A DNA stretch of 64,000 nt, taken from the human T2T-CHM13v2.0 reference genome, Homo sapiens. Below, piece after piece: positions 1 through 15,520 of the stretch. Each line of letters opens with the position of its first letter. Position 1 is the stretch's first letter. The DNA lies in NCBI RefSeq assembly GCF_009914755.1, contig NC_060936.1; one strand, written 5' to 3'. Made by a program: the position numbers and the translations under genes. Under the pieces are notes generated by a model. It had not been told where the DNA came from. It saw only the letters and a program-made list of their open reading frames with translations, and made no database searches.

Positions 1-1845
<1,845 letters not shown>

Positions 1846-1908
1846 TGTGATGTTAGCTGGTTATTTTGCACGTTAGTTGATGCAGTTTCTTCCTAGCCTT
1901 GATGGTCT

Positions 1909-2923
1909 TTACAATTTGGCATGTTTTTGCAGTGGCTGGTACCGGTTTTTCCTTTCCATGTTTAGTGCTTCCTTCAGGAGCTCTTTTAGGGCAGGCCTGG
2001 TGGTGACAAAATCTCTCAACATTTGCTTGTCTGTAAAGTATTTTATTTCTCCTTCACTTATGAAGCTTAGTTTGGCTGGATATGAAATTCTGGGTTGCAA
2101 ATTCTTTTCTTTAAGAATGTTGAATATTGGCCCCCACTCTCTTCTGTCTTGTAGAGTTTCTGCCGAGAGATCCGCTGTTAGTCTGATGGGCTTCCCTTTG
2201 TGGGTAACCCACCTTTCTCTCTGGCTGCCCTTAACATTTTTCCTTCATTTCAACTTTGGTGAATCTGACAATTGTGTGTCTTGGAGTTGCTCTTCTCGAG
2301 GAGTATCTTTGTGGCATTCTCTGTATTTCCTGAATCTGAATGTTGGCCTGCCTTGCTAGATTGGGGAAGTTCTCCTGCATAATATCCTGCAGAGTGTTTT
2401 CCAACTTGGTTCCATTCTCTCCGTCATTTTCAGGTACACCAATCAGATGTAGATTTGGTCTTTTCACATAGTCCCATATTTCTTGGAGGCTTTGCTCATT
2501 TCTTTTTATTCTTTTTTCTCTAAACTTCTTTATTTGCTTCATTTCATTTATTTGATCTTCCATCACTGATACCCTTTCTTCCAGTTGATAGAGTCAGCTA
2601 CTGAGGCTTGTGCATGCATCACGTAGTTCTCGTGCCATGGTTTTTAGCTCCATCAGGTCCTTTAAGGACTTCTCTGCATTGGTTATTCTAGTTAGCCATT
2701 CATCTAATCTTTTTTCAAGGTTTTTGACTTCTTTGCCATGGGTTCAAACTTCCTCCTTTAGCTTGGAGTAGTTTGATCGTCTGAAGCCTTCTTCTATCAA
2801 CTTGTCAAAGTCATTTTCCATCCAGCTTTGTTCCGTTGCTGGTGAGGACCTGTGTTCCTTTGGAGGAGGAGAGGAGCTCTGATTTTTAGAATTTTCAGTT
2901 TTTCTGCTCTGTTTTTTCCCCAT
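1909..2923 (-). pseudogene. ORF1: L1 ORF1p, disrupted
   Basis: ATG at 2923. Fragments 2231-2566 (EQSLQEIWDYVKRPNL) and 1909-2100 are in different frames. Confidence 0.95.
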
Positions 2924-3498
2924 CTTTGTGGTTTTATCTACCTTTTGTCTTTGATGATGGTGATGTACAGATGGGGTTTTGGTGTGGATGTCCTTTCTGT
3001 TTGTTAGTTTTCCTTCTAACAGTCAGGACCCTCAGCTGCAGGTCTGCTGGAGTTTGCTGGAGGTCCACTCCAGACCCTGTTTGCCTGGGTTTCAGCAGCG
3101 GAGGCTGCAGAACAGTGGATATTGGTGAACAGCAAATGTTGCTGCCTGATCGTTCCTCTGGAAGTTTTGTCTCAGAGGAGTACCCGGCTATGTGAGGTGT
3201 CAGTCTGCCCCTACTGGGAGATGCCTCCCAGTTAGGGTACTCGGGGGTCAGGGACCCACTTGAGGAGGCAGTCTGCCTGTTCTCAGATCTCCAGCTGCGT
3301 GCTGGGAGAACCACTACTCTCTTCAAAGCTGTCAGACAGGGACATTTAAGTCTGCAGAGGTTTCTGCTGTCTTTTGTTTGGCTATGCCCTGCCCACAGAG
3401 GTGGAGTCTACAGAGGCAGGCAGGCCTCCATGAGCTGTGGTAGGCTCCACCTAGTTCGAGCTTCCTGGCTGCTTTGTTTACCTAGTCAAGCTTTGGCA

Positions 3499-3681
3499 AT
3501 GTCGGGCACCCGTCCCCCAGCCTCGCTGCCGCCTTGCCGTTTGATCTCAGACTGCTGTGCTAGCAATGAGCGAGGCTTCGTAGGCATAGGACCCTCTGAG
3601 CCAGGTGCGGGATACAATCTCCTGGTGTGCCGTTTGCTAAGACCATTGGAAAAGCACAGTATTAGGGTGGGAGTGACCTGA
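3499..3681 (+). CDS. ORF0: L1 antisense ORF0 homologue, 60 aa, truncated by TGA
   Basis: MSGTRPPASLPPCRLISDCCASN...IRVGVT* aligns to the primate ORF0 peptide (MAGAPPPASLPPCSLISDCC...). Splice donor CCAG|GTGCGG follows 3604. Expression is unknown. Confidence 0.6.
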   Translation: MSGTRPPASLPPCRLISDCCASNERGFVGIGPSEPGAGYNLLVCRLLRPLEKHSIRVGVT

Positions 3682-5689
3682 TTTTCCAGGTGCCATCTGT
3701 CACCCCTTTCCTTGGCTAGGAAAGGGAATTCCCTGACCCCTTGTGCTTCCTGGGTGAGGTGATGCCTCGCCCTGCTTTGGCTCACGCTCGGTGCACTGCA
3801 CCCACTGTCCTGCACCCACTGTCTGACAATCCCCAGTGAGATGAACCCAGTACCTCACTTGGAAATGCAGAAGTCATTCGACTTCTGCGTCGCTCATGCT
3901 GGGAGCTGTAGACCGGAGCTGTTCCTATTCGGCCATCTTGGCTCCACCCACCTGCACTCTGGATTTTATAAAGCAATTAGTTTTAAATATGCTCTTGGAA
4001 GAGAGAGTGTAAGATTTGAATTAAAAACCGTTTTCTCTGTGTCTTGCTTCCATATTGAACAAAACCAACTTCTTTTAGAGAGTAGAAAGGTGTGAATAAG
4101 ACTTGTCAATACTTTGGCCTTTTTGTGTTTTAGTCATATTTTTCTATGTTTATGAGACAGCATCTATCTAATCAACTATTATGTCATAACTTGTCAAGCC
4201 AACAGGTGTTAACAGAAGGAAATTGTCCCAGTCTCTTTTACAATAAGTTGGCTTTTAATGTCAAAAATATCAACTAATACTACTAAGAAGAAACACCATT
4301 TTACAGTTTACTTTTTGTTTTGTAATGAGGGTGGTACAACCCTTCCTCTTGATACCTTGAATCACTATCTCATTTTTTTTTTCTTTTACATTTTCTTCAC
4401 TTCTGAACTTTCCTAAAATACTTTGTTACCTCTGTTTCTTCACTGCCTACTCATTCTTAATTTCCCTGTGGTCTGAATTCAGCCCCATCACTTTCCTGAA
4501 ATTTTATTCATAGTCACCTGTGACCTTTTAGAAAACAAATCTAAAAACTTTTTTTTAACTCAGTCATTTTTTTGACCTCTTTATAGCATTTGCTTTATTG
4601 ACTGCCCTCATTGCTTTGAAACTCTTCTTTGTTCCCTTAACTTCCATGACCCCATATAAAACTGATTCTTACAACCAGCAGCATATCCTTTCAATTTCTC
4701 TGTTTTGGTCATGGCTAAAAACCATGAACTTATTTTTGATTTATCTCCATTCTTTTCCTCCAAGTCTTGCCTATTTTTCCTCTGTAATTTTCTATCTCCT
4801 TTTTTTTCTTCTGAAATATCCTATTACCACCCTTGTCCAAGTCTATGTCATACTTGTTCTTAACTGGTTTCTTTGTATTCAGTTTTTTCCTCATTCCAAT
4901 CATTATAAAACTACTGCCAATTTTTTCCCCAAAACAATTTTTATTGAACAAGTCATTCCATCATGCCCTGTGTTTGGAAGAGGCTGGATTCAAGCCAGTT
5001 GGGAATGCATCTCTTCTGATAATATATTTCCCCTAAATTAGACAGACAAATTGTTCCAGCAAAGATGCAGAGAAAACACATCAGCATTTGTCTTGGATAT
5101 AGATGCTGAGGCCAATTTAGTCTGAAATGTTGATTAGATTGCATGAGCTAAAGGTCAGAACTATGCTTTCAATGACAACTTGAAGAGTTGGAGGTTGGAA
5201 TGGAGCCAATGAAAGAATGTGTTGAAGAATATAAGAGGCTCTAAACCAGAAAGAGCAGGCCAGTGTGAGAACAGACAAGGGAAGATGTTATACAAGTTCT
5301 CAAAGGAAATGGAAGTCAGGGGACTAGGGTGAGCAATTTTGGTTGATAAACTAGAGAGGGTGTGGGGATGAGAAGGGAGTGGCGAAGCTAAGTTCTACAG
5401 TATATGCTGTGATTTTTGCCTTAGGAATAAAGGTATGCTGACTGAGCTTATGAACACCAAAGAGGGGGGCAAATAATTTTCTAGGCTGATTTGCCAGAGA
5501 GCAGTTCTTCTTTGAATTCATTTATATGAACATGTTGTTTTCATCACATGAATCTAACAATTTTTCTTCAACCATTCCCACATATCTGCCATATTTCCTA
5601 TCATGCTATGATCTTTCTTCTCTGCTTTCATGAGTTCAACCTTTCTTTTAAAATTCAGCTCATATTCTATCTGTATCATTTAATTTTTG

Positions 5690-6140
5690 ATTTAAAACAA
5701 TGGAAGCAAACACTGGCTAACTTAATTCCCCTTTACCTATTCATTCCCCCCAAAGGGTTTGGGGAGTCAGAGGTTACAGGAAGGATTCATGGAATCCCCA
5801 GAAGGCTGGAAGATCAGGGTTGAGACAGTCGGAACCAAGGAAGCTCTGGAAACTTAAGAAGTAGGAGGCACAGCAAGTCTCACGGCAAGAAGAGCTTGGT
5901 AAGGACTTGGTCACTACCACTACCGCTGCCATGACCTTGACCTCCAACTACCCCCTGTCTTTGCATCCTCCTTGAATTCAAAGTCCTACCCATAGAAAAT
6001 CTGGTTAGCCCAGATTAAGTCACATGTCCATCCCTTGTCTGGTCCAGTTTGTGGAAGAGATCTCTGCTTCCATAGTGCATAGAGAACAATAGCTCCAACC
6101 AAGAGTATACATGCTGGAGGCTTTCCCAAAAGGGAGAATA
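5690..6140 (-). mobile_element. Old MaLR LTR (MLT1K/L-like)
   Basis: Contains MLT1-type segments such as aagcaaacactggctaacttaa and ggttagcccagattaagtcacatgtccatccct. Highly diverged. Confidence 0.45.
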
Positions 6141-6439
6141 GAATATTGTTAGGAAGAGGAGAGTCAGAGGCCCTGAGGGCAGGAACTTTATTTTTGTATT
6201 CTAATACTCCAAAAAGGACTTTGCACACAGCCTGTACAAAATAATTTTTATGAAAGATGATATTGACCAACTGTTCCATTTTCAGTGAATTATGTCCTAT
6301 GAGAATCACCTGCATGTTTTATTTAGTTTAATATGGGATGAATCAAAGGAGGGTGACTGACATTTACTGCATATTTACTGTGTGCTAGGTACCATACAAT
6401 TTTCTCTTGTAATAATAATGATAATAACAACAAATGGCA

Positions 6440-6670
6440 TTTATTTAGCTTTATTATTATTATAACCTATGCATGAAACTCATTGATTTAGATACATTAG
6501 TTCATTTAATCCCTGTAAGAATCATTCAAGATAGATCTTATTGTCTTTTTTCTTTTCTTGCAGATATGAGTACTATTGGCTAGAGAAGTTTAGTAACTTT
6601 CCTGAAGTTTTACAGAAGATAAGTATAGAGTGGGAACTCAAAACTATTTCTGTCTGATTCCAAAGCCCTT
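6440..6670 (-). mobile_element. MIR SINE
   Basis: cagatatgag...agagaagtttagtaactttcctgaag...tgtctgattccaaagccc matches the antisense MIR core. Confidence 0.65.
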
Positions 6671-6764
6671 TTAATATTTTGTATTGCTTAAGTAGCAAGA
6701 ATAGAGTTTGTAAGAACATACAATATCAATAAATGTTTCATGTCCTTCATCATTAACTACTCCA

Positions 6765-6917
6765 GTTAGTATCAACCGGGAACTTACTTGGAATGTACAT
6801 TCTCTGCCCCCTCAACAGACCTACTGAATCAAAAACTCTGGAGGTCAGGCCCAGAAATCTGTCTTTTGGCATACTTTCCAGGTGAGTCTGATGTATGCTA
6901 GGGTTTGAGAAGTACTG
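6765..6917. mobile_element. MER5A-type hAT-Charlie DNA transposon
   Basis: cagacctactgaatcaaaaactctgg...ccaggtgagtctgatg...tttgagaagtactg is typical MER5A sequence. Confidence 0.75.
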
Positions 6918-8309
6918 ACCTACCTCCCTTCTCACTGTTTGTATCTTTATGTGGCACCACACCTATATAAGTTGTGCTGAACCTTTATAGTCTGATTATT
7001 GTATTATTTTATATGCCATCATTTAAACTTTATTTGTATTTTTTATTTTCCAATTTTGATTTTTAATTTATTTATCAGATGTAGTCTTATAGGCTACTCT
7101 TACTGAAGTCTCACATATATGACAAAAATATAAAAATATGTGTGGACTGTACATATAGGCTTCATATCTATTTGCCTAGTGTACTGAACTATTTTTCTCC
7201 TTTTTTTTCTCTGAAAATGTTTTATCTGCCGGGAGGTAAACAGAATGAGAAATGAAACTTAATCCATGCAGCTAAGACTCATCTCTGCTACTTCATACCC
7301 TTCCCTAGAGGAGCTAAATGTTTTAGACAGTGACTTTATATTACCTTCTCTTTCATCTCTTGCTGGAGTCTCAATGAAGGTATTAAACTATTAATTATGA
7401 TTATATATTTTGCAAAATTTGCCTTGGATTCATTGAGAATCTGCCCAGGTAATCAAGATTCGACCACTTACAAATTAAATATTCATCATCTGTGCTCTAA
7501 AATGTAAAGATTGTCTGCTGATCACTTGGGCCACAACACTTTTCAAGACCAGGTAAATATTCTAAATGAACGAAGATTCTCTGCCCTGTTCCTCTCACCT
7601 GCATGTCAAGCAGGTTGAACATTATGAAGGTGGTTTTGAAGATAATGCTAGAATTTATGAATGTCTTCCCCCATTTTCAGCAGGGACATGAGTTGGGAAG
7701 GGCAAGATGAATACTTAGCTTTTCCTTCTTTGTGCATCTCTCCTGTTACTTTTGTTTAAAAAGTGCATTTTATTTAACTCTTTAATTCCATTAACTTATT
7801 TTAAGTTTAAAATACAAATGAAGTAACTAAATTTAATTATTTTTAATTGCCAAGATTAGGTCTAGTTACTTCTTCTTGTTATCTTTAAGGAAAACAATCT
7901 GAATGTTTATCACTAGGATCTTTCTTCTGTATTTAAAATTTCCTTGAAAAAAAAGAGGGCTCATTACCTTATTATTTTGTTATATTAAGTGCCTATGCTA
8001 GCACCTATTTAGGCAGTGTTTTTTTAGGCAATGATTATTGAATATGGGATTGAAAGTGTCTTCTAAATAAATGAACTATTATTATATGTCTCCTGAACTT
8101 TAAAATTTTTGAGATATATATTAGAGATGCTTATATATGAAATTTACTTGAAAATTAATGGAGCTGCACAGAAACTCTGATCACCTGCACTTGGTCTCTC
8201 TACAGTCTAATCATTCATTAACTTTTCAAATGTTTCTTTCTTCTTTATTTTTTGTTACTCAGGGTAAAATGTTTAGCATTCTGGTGTTTTTTCTTATCCA
8301 TTGGCCTAA

Positions 8310-8832
8310 GGAAGATAAGAGAAACATGGAGCAGCCCAGGATACAACCTACAGCTTAGAGCTAAACTCATTCAAGCCCAGACTAGGTCAGCTAACCCCTA
8401 GACAATGCACAAATGTGTGATCAAGAAAAAAAAAAGGCTGGGTGTGGTGGCTCGTGCCTGTAATATCAGCACTTTGGTAGGCAGAGGTGGGTGGATTCCT
8501 TGAGCTCAGGAGTTCGAGACCAGTTTAAGCAACATGGCAACACCCTATCTCTACAAAAATACAAAAAATTAGCTGGCTTTTGTGGTGCACACCTGTAGTC
8601 CAGCTACTCGGGAGGCTAAGATGGGAGGTAGAGGGTGCAGTGAGCTGAGACTGTGCCACTGCACTCTGGCCTGGGCAACATAGTGAGACTCTGTCTCAAA
8701 AACAAAAACAAAAACAAAAACAAAAAACCCAAACAAACAAAATTAAAAGCTAAAATAAAAAAAAAAGTAGAGTCACTGAATTTCAGCATTGTTTGTTAAA
8801 TAGCATTATTCCAGCAATGACTGAATGATACA
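8310..8832 (+). mobile_element. MLT1(I/J-like) LTR 3' part, interrupted by an Alu
   Basis: cactgaatttcagcattgtttgttaaatagcattattccagcaatgactgaatgataca resembles the MLT1 3' terminus. Confidence 0.5.
8436..8766 (+). mobile_element. AluJ-like element with right-arm deletion and (CAAAAA)n tail
   Basis: GGCTGGGTGTGGTGGCTC start, central A-rich linker, ends GAGACTCTGTCTC followed by an A-rich tail. Confidence 0.93.
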
Positions 8833-10008
8833 ATCAGGTTTTCATTTCCTTTCCATTCTTAATGTTACCATCCTATTATTCATTTAGACTATTGCTAGAC
8901 AGCTGAGAAGTCTTTCAACCTTTAGATTATTTTCCTCTCTCCCCATTTTATGCACCACACCAGATTCATCTTCCTGTTCTAAAACATTTAATGATTTTGT
9001 ATTATTTTCCAAATGAAGTCTGGATAAGAATTCTATTTCCATTTAGCAAAATTCTATGCATCCTTTGATGTCTATCTTAAAGGGCACTTCTTTAGGGACC
9101 TGCTATCATTCTCCCAACTGATGAGGCTTTCCTTTTCTTATGGACTTCTATAACACCCACAAATTTCATGACACTTGTCAGATTCAGCCCTGAATTATGG
9201 TTTTTAAGTAGGCTATTTTATTCTAAACTTTGGAATATGATTACCTCTCTGAAGGAATGACATGTGATTTTGGTATCCTCCACTCACAGTTTTATGTTTT
9301 TGCACAAAATATGTCTTCTAATAAATATTGTTTAATTGAATTGGTAGTCCACTACTCATGAAACTCTCATGCCACATAAGACTCCTATTCCCTGGGTCTT
9401 CATATCATTATTGGCAGCAGTGAAGTGAGGACCTGCATTCTGCTTCTTGGCAACAATCCTCCCCCTTTCCCACCAAAGCTTACAGCATCTTCACTGCTAT
9501 CTGCCTTAAGATCAAATTATTCTCATTATGCTCTTTGTCTATGTTTATGTCAGTAATCACAAGAAGCCCAGGACCCATAGGCAATTCTCACTGCTGTTTT
9601 CCATCCCCTCATATCTCTGCATATCAGATTTTTCTGGTGCATCCCCAACAGTTTTCCAAGTCCTGAAACCTTATTCATGTGTCTCTGGAATTTACAGGTA
9701 GTCTTCAGCAATATCTTGGGCGTCTTCTAATCTCTGAATGTTCAGTTGACCTTTCTCTAGCTAAAACATGGCTCTCCCATGAAGACATCACTTCTACATC
9801 ATCTCTGATTCTGTTTTATTTTTTTCTCACATTCCTGTTATCACTTGGACCACAGATGGTGTAGTTACCTCTCATAGTCTTCCTTGCTTCTTTCAACACA
9901 GTTTTCCTCCCCTCTGTCCCTGCTTTCATCTCATATCACTAGGTTATACTACTTATTACCCTTTCTTGTAGTCCATTACAAATCTCTGGGTCATTTTTTA
10001 TTTCTTGA

Positions 10009-10055
10009 GCCCCTCCCCTCCCCTCCCCTCCCCTCCCCTCCCCTTCCCTTCCCTT
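10009..10055. repeat. (CCCCT)n/(CCCTT)n microsatellite at the Alu tail position
   Basis: Directly visible pentamer array. Confidence 0.95.
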
Positions 10056-10354
<299 letters not shown>

Positions 10355-10424
10355 TGAATGACAGTCATACTCTTTAGCACTAATAAGAAGTCTTGGTGAT
10401 TTTAATATTTTCTATTTCAATATC

Positions 10425-10875
10425 TGTAATGGTTAATTTTATTTCTCAACTTGACTAGGCCATGGGATATCTAGATAACTGGTCAAACATTGTGAGTGTT
10501 TTTGTGAGGGTATTCTTGGATGAGATTGATATTTAAACTGGTAAACTTAAGTAAAGCAGATTGCCTTCCATAAGGTGGGTGGGTCTCATCCAATCAGTTG
10601 AAGGTCTGAGTAGAACAGAAAGGCCGACTCTCACCTGAGTGAGAGAGAATTCTCCTGCCTGATGGCCTTTGAACTGGGACATTAGTTCTTCCTGATTCTA
10701 TAGCAGACTGCTGGTCTTTGGACTCAAACTGGGATATTGGCTGTGCAGATTTTGAGCTCGCCAACCTTCATAATCATGTGAACCGATTCCTTATAATAAA
10801 CCTCTTCATGTCTGTCTATAGCTGTCTATCTTTTTCCTATTGGTTTTGTTTCTCTGGAAAACCTTGATGAATACA
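10425..10875 (+). mobile_element. MLT2 (ERV-L) solo LTR with perfect 5-bp TSD ATATC
   Basis: TGTAATGGTTAATTTT...GAATACA termini. ATATC at 10420-10424 and 10876-10880. Confidence 0.88.
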
Positions 10876-10879
10876 ATAT

Positions 10880-11773
10880 CCTTCTCATTCTCACAGTTTC
10901 TGGACTTGCTTTTTTTGTGGAAATGTCTGTACTCACTATCTTCAATTTCTCTCCCTTCTTTCTCTCTTGGTCCCACTAGAATCAGGCTTTCACTCTCACC
11001 ATTTCCTCAAAACCACTCTTCTCAAGTTCTCTAGTGATCTACCCAGTGGTAAATTCAATGTTTCAATTCTTAGTCCTCATTTTACTGATTGAAACTGTAT
11101 TGAGAGTCCAACCACCTTTGCTCCGCTATTCTGGTCACAGCCAGCATCACCTTTCATGTCAATAGTAAAATAGCCTCTTGCCAGGTCTCCCTGCCATCCC
11201 CTGGTCCTCATAGAATTTACTGTCCATGTAGTAGTAGGATACCTTTTTTGACTTCGTGAAGTACACCTTATGATATATTTTCACCTCTTGTACTACTCTG
11301 TTTCTAGTTCTCTCTGTTCTTACCACCCTAGCTTCTTTGCTGGTTTTCAAACCTTCCAGGAAAGTCTCAGGCTTTTGGACTTGTTCTTCCTTCTACCTGG
11401 ACCATAATTTCTCTAGGCAGCTGTGAACAACGGTATAGGTCTTTTTCAAATGTCTCCTACCAGGGAGGGCTTTCCTGACCACCTTGTCTAAAATTGCTAT
11501 CTTCATCCTATTCCAACCCTTCCAGCTATCTCTTCATTCTCTGTTTTTTTCTCTATTTTTTTTAAAATAGTATTTGTCAGCATCTGATATATTATGTACT
11601 TTGTTTATTTATATTTATTTCTTATTTTTCAGTGTCTCTTCCCATTCTATTAGAATGTAAACTCCACATGGGTAGAAGTTTTTATCTATTTTGTTTGCTA
11701 TGGTATTCCCCATAATTAGAATATTACTTAGCACATGATAGTGTTAAATAAGTGTTTGTTGGCTGGATTAATG
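10880..11773 (+). mobile_element. L2 (L2a-like) 3' fragments
   Basis: aatcaggctttcactctcacc..., tagaatgtaaactccacatggg..., ending in aataagtgtttgttggctggattaatg (L2 terminal repeat). Confidence 0.7.
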
Positions 11774-14700
11774 CTGTCAGTCACAGAAAAAAAAGTGCAT
11801 TGTTTTCTGATCGGTTTCAGAAACGAGATTTTACTAATGTAGAAGGACTATTTTCCTCTCCAACAACAAGACAGAGCTGTTTAAAATATAATCAACAGGA
11901 AATATTTAATCTCTCAAATTTTATTCTATTAAGTCAGTTGTAGCTATCCAAAAGCTCTATGTGGTATTTATACAAAAATGCCAGTGGTTACTATAATTTC
12001 ATGTTATATAATAGTATCTCGGTAGCAAAGAAAAAAACCATGTCACTGAATTGCTATTTTAGTGAATATTCAGTTGTCATCTAGTTGTCTAAACTTCTGG
12101 CACAATCAATTGTGAACACTTATTTTCTGTTTACAATAAAAGACATTGGTATGGTGTTTCAAAAGGATCACTTTAACCTGCCTAGACAGTACTTTGATGA
12201 ACTTGCTGAGAAATGGAATTGACCAAAACCTCTTGCCAAATTAGATGTTTGACCCAAGACAAATCAGGACACTAATTTGGATGTTTTATCATTTTTCTGC
12301 TCAGTGCCCAGACCTTAACATGCTTTCAAAACAATAATTAATGCCTACCAGATTCTAAGAATTTATTTTTAATCCTAATTTTACAGATGAGGAAGCAAAT
12401 GGGAAGAAGTTAAATGGCTTATTTAAAGCCCCATCACAAATTAACAGCAAGCTGGAACTCTATGTAAGGCACTCTTGCCTCATGTTTCTAGGTTTATTAG
12501 TGTCATGTTCTGATGCCAGGGTAATTACTGGAAACCAGTCTTGGGGAACATAATTGATCTTTTAGGATGCAGCTGTGATGACTGGAGACTTCTCTATTAA
12601 AAATCAGGGACGCAAATGAGACCTGGTTCACGTTGATAAAAATGGAGCTCTAACCCGTGTTTCTGTTCTTTGGGAAGAAGTATCACTTTGGAGTCTCCTA
12701 GCCTTTTAGATAGAGGAGCTAAAAAAATAGACTTAACAGAAAAATTAAGATTACTGTATGTTCTGATGTTAGTACAAATAAGTATTATGGTTTATAAATA
12801 AATCTGGGGTTAGACTTTCCTTCTCAGAGATGGTATAATTAAGTTAGATGTCTTTTTTTAGACAATCACACATGCAATTATACAGATGGGAAGTAGCTTT
12901 TGAATCAGAATGAACGAGTTCCCAACAGAGTATAGGGGATTCTTACTAAATCTTTCCTTAGGGCAAAGGCTCCTTTCTTTCTGTTAGAAAGAAAGGCTTA
13001 GAAGTATAATTATACTTGGTAAAAAGTTCCAATTGGTTGATACGATAATTTTCTTATTCTTTCATATTCTTAGTTTCCTCATCTATAAAATAGTGATCAT
13101 AATATCTCTAATAAAGCTGTTGTAAGAATTAAATGGAATAATCTAAGCTGATTTTAGCACAGTTCTTGGCAAATGGTAAGTACAACGTAACTATCAGTGT
13201 TATCACTCTTCTTCCTCTGTCATATTATTATCATTAGTAAATGATGATGAGAACATGTGTTCTCCAGGTTAATAGGAATGGGGAGAGTGAGGGATTTTTT
13301 TCATCCCCTATATTTCAAAGACTAGTTATGAGAGCTTTTACTGCCAGTTGCAAGATAAGAACATCAATTACTTTAGTGGTCAAATGATTCCAACACTGAA
13401 AGCCAATAGCTACATTAGCACTTTGAAGCAAAAAAGGCCAATGTCAAGAAAATATAAAGTCTAATTTTTTAATTAAAAAATGACAAGAGTATAATAACAG
13501 ACTGTAGCTGAATAGTGAATCAATGTGTTCACAGAGAATAGAAGTTAAAGTCAGAGGGGTAAAATTAATATTGATTACTGATACATCTTTAACACTAAAA
13601 TGTTTTTTGAGTGAATGAATAAATGAATTGGTGGATGGATGGTTGGTTTCTATCCTAAGCAAAAGTCTCTGAACATGTCCAGTGTGGTAAACATTTAGAC
13701 TATCTTTCTCACCGTCTCTTCCAACTACCTTTTACTGTGTCCTTTTGTACTGCAGAGATTGGGAAGCTAAAACTCACGTATCCCACACTCCCTTATAGCG
13801 AGGGTCCTATATGTGGCCAATCAGATGAATTCATATAGGACTCGAATTATGCAGTTAAGAGAGAAAGAATAAGAAATATCCGTTTTGGTGGTGCAGATTG
13901 CTGGTGAGGAGGATGGCATAAAGGCTGACCTTGGAGATGGCAGCTCCTTGATCATGGCGGGTGAAGCAGCTGCTTTGGAAGTGCATTTCTGCGGTAGGAT
14001 CTTGGGAGTTATTCCTGGACCCTCTGTGCAAAGTTTACTAAGTTAGCTGTCCTAATTACTCTGTAAGCCTTTTTTAAATACCTGGGAACTGTAGCAATCC
14101 ATTTTCATTTAAATAAGTCAATATGAATTTTATCCTTTATAACTGAGCCTTAACTTACACATTGGTTTCTCCCAGTTACAACGTTCAGTGTTGAAATTCC
14201 ATGGCACAACTTCATTTTTTGCATCTTTTCTGTATCTTGTGTTGGCCACATGCCACTTCCCTCCTTAAATATTTCCTGATTTCCCTAGCTAATGTGCACT
14301 CTCTTTTCTTTGATCCACTAAGTTTTTGTTGTTTGTTTGTTTGATGGTTTTTGTCATATTCTGCTTTGATTTCAAGTTACTCTTACTTTATTCAAATTCA
14401 AGCTCTTTGAGGGATTATAAAATTAAAATATATTTAAAGGCCTTTTTGAATTCCCACTGTGCTTATCATAGTGCCTTAAAGACAGTAGGTGCTTAATGAA
14501 TATTAGAGGAATTTGAATACAACAAAATCACTTTAGGAAGGCTGCCTTTAGAAACATTATGCCTAGGAGTAGTGTGCTGTAGTTTAAACTATCATATACG
14601 TGTTGATAACTGCTCAATCTCTTCCCACCATTTCCAAAATATTTCCATCTGAATGTTCTACTAACATCCTACACTGACTATTCCCTAAACTGATTTTCAT

Positions 14701-15276
14701 GACCTATACCCTCAGATTTTCCTTTCCAGTTTCCTATGAATGCATGTTAAAGACATCATCATTCTCTTACCATGCTATTTAAGCCCTGGGCAAGAATCCC
14801 AACTACTGTATTCTTCTCTTGTTACATTCAACAAATAATCAAGTCACATTCACTCCAGTTCCACCTGCCTTGCCTCTCCCCTTTACTTTGTTCTCTCTAT
14901 TGATGACATTTCGAGTCTACCTCATTTCTCATGTGGATTCTAGCACTGATCTCCTTCATACCACAGATGTCTTCTGGGAGCGTCTCTATCACATGGTTTG
15001 AGTTGTTTTTCGTTTTACCAACAACCGCCTTTATTTCAACTTTAGGGTCAATGCAACTGCATGTGATGTTCAGAGGTAAATTATTGGCTTCTTTGGGTCA
15101 TTTGGGACTGTGCCTGGAGTTTACTTTTGAAACAGATTGCTTTTGATGTCTGCTTTGTTAACTATTTGTGTTCAGCTTTGTCAGGTGACATAAGATTTCA
15201 GACAGTCTTACCATCCTTAAGTAAATAAAGGAACACATCAAATGTTATGAATTTCTTTATTACTTTCTTAAGAAGT

Positions 15277-15520
15277 AGAGCACAGTGTTAAAAAGTGAGG
15301 ACTCTGGAATTAGAGTAACTGGGTTAATGTCCCCATGGCTCTGCCATTAACTACCTGATGATCTTGGGCAAGTTACTTCATCTCTCTGTGCTTCAGTCTC
15401 CTCATATATAAAATGTGCCTACTAAGTATACCTACCTCTTACTATTGTGGTAAGAATTGAATGTCAGCATATGTAAAGTCCTTAGATTGGCACCTAGCTC
15501 ATAGAAAATATGTATTGTCA
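15277..15520 (+). mobile_element. MIR SINE
   Basis: ggctctgccattaactacctgatgatcttgggcaagttacttcatctctctgtgcttcagtctcctcat is the MIR core. Confidence 0.8.

Noticed and set aside
4598-5041. 147-aa hydrophobic ORF resembling a membrane protein
   Set aside because: T-rich, L2-like or low-complexity DNA yields F/L/I-rich frames. It has no ATG start and no family motif.
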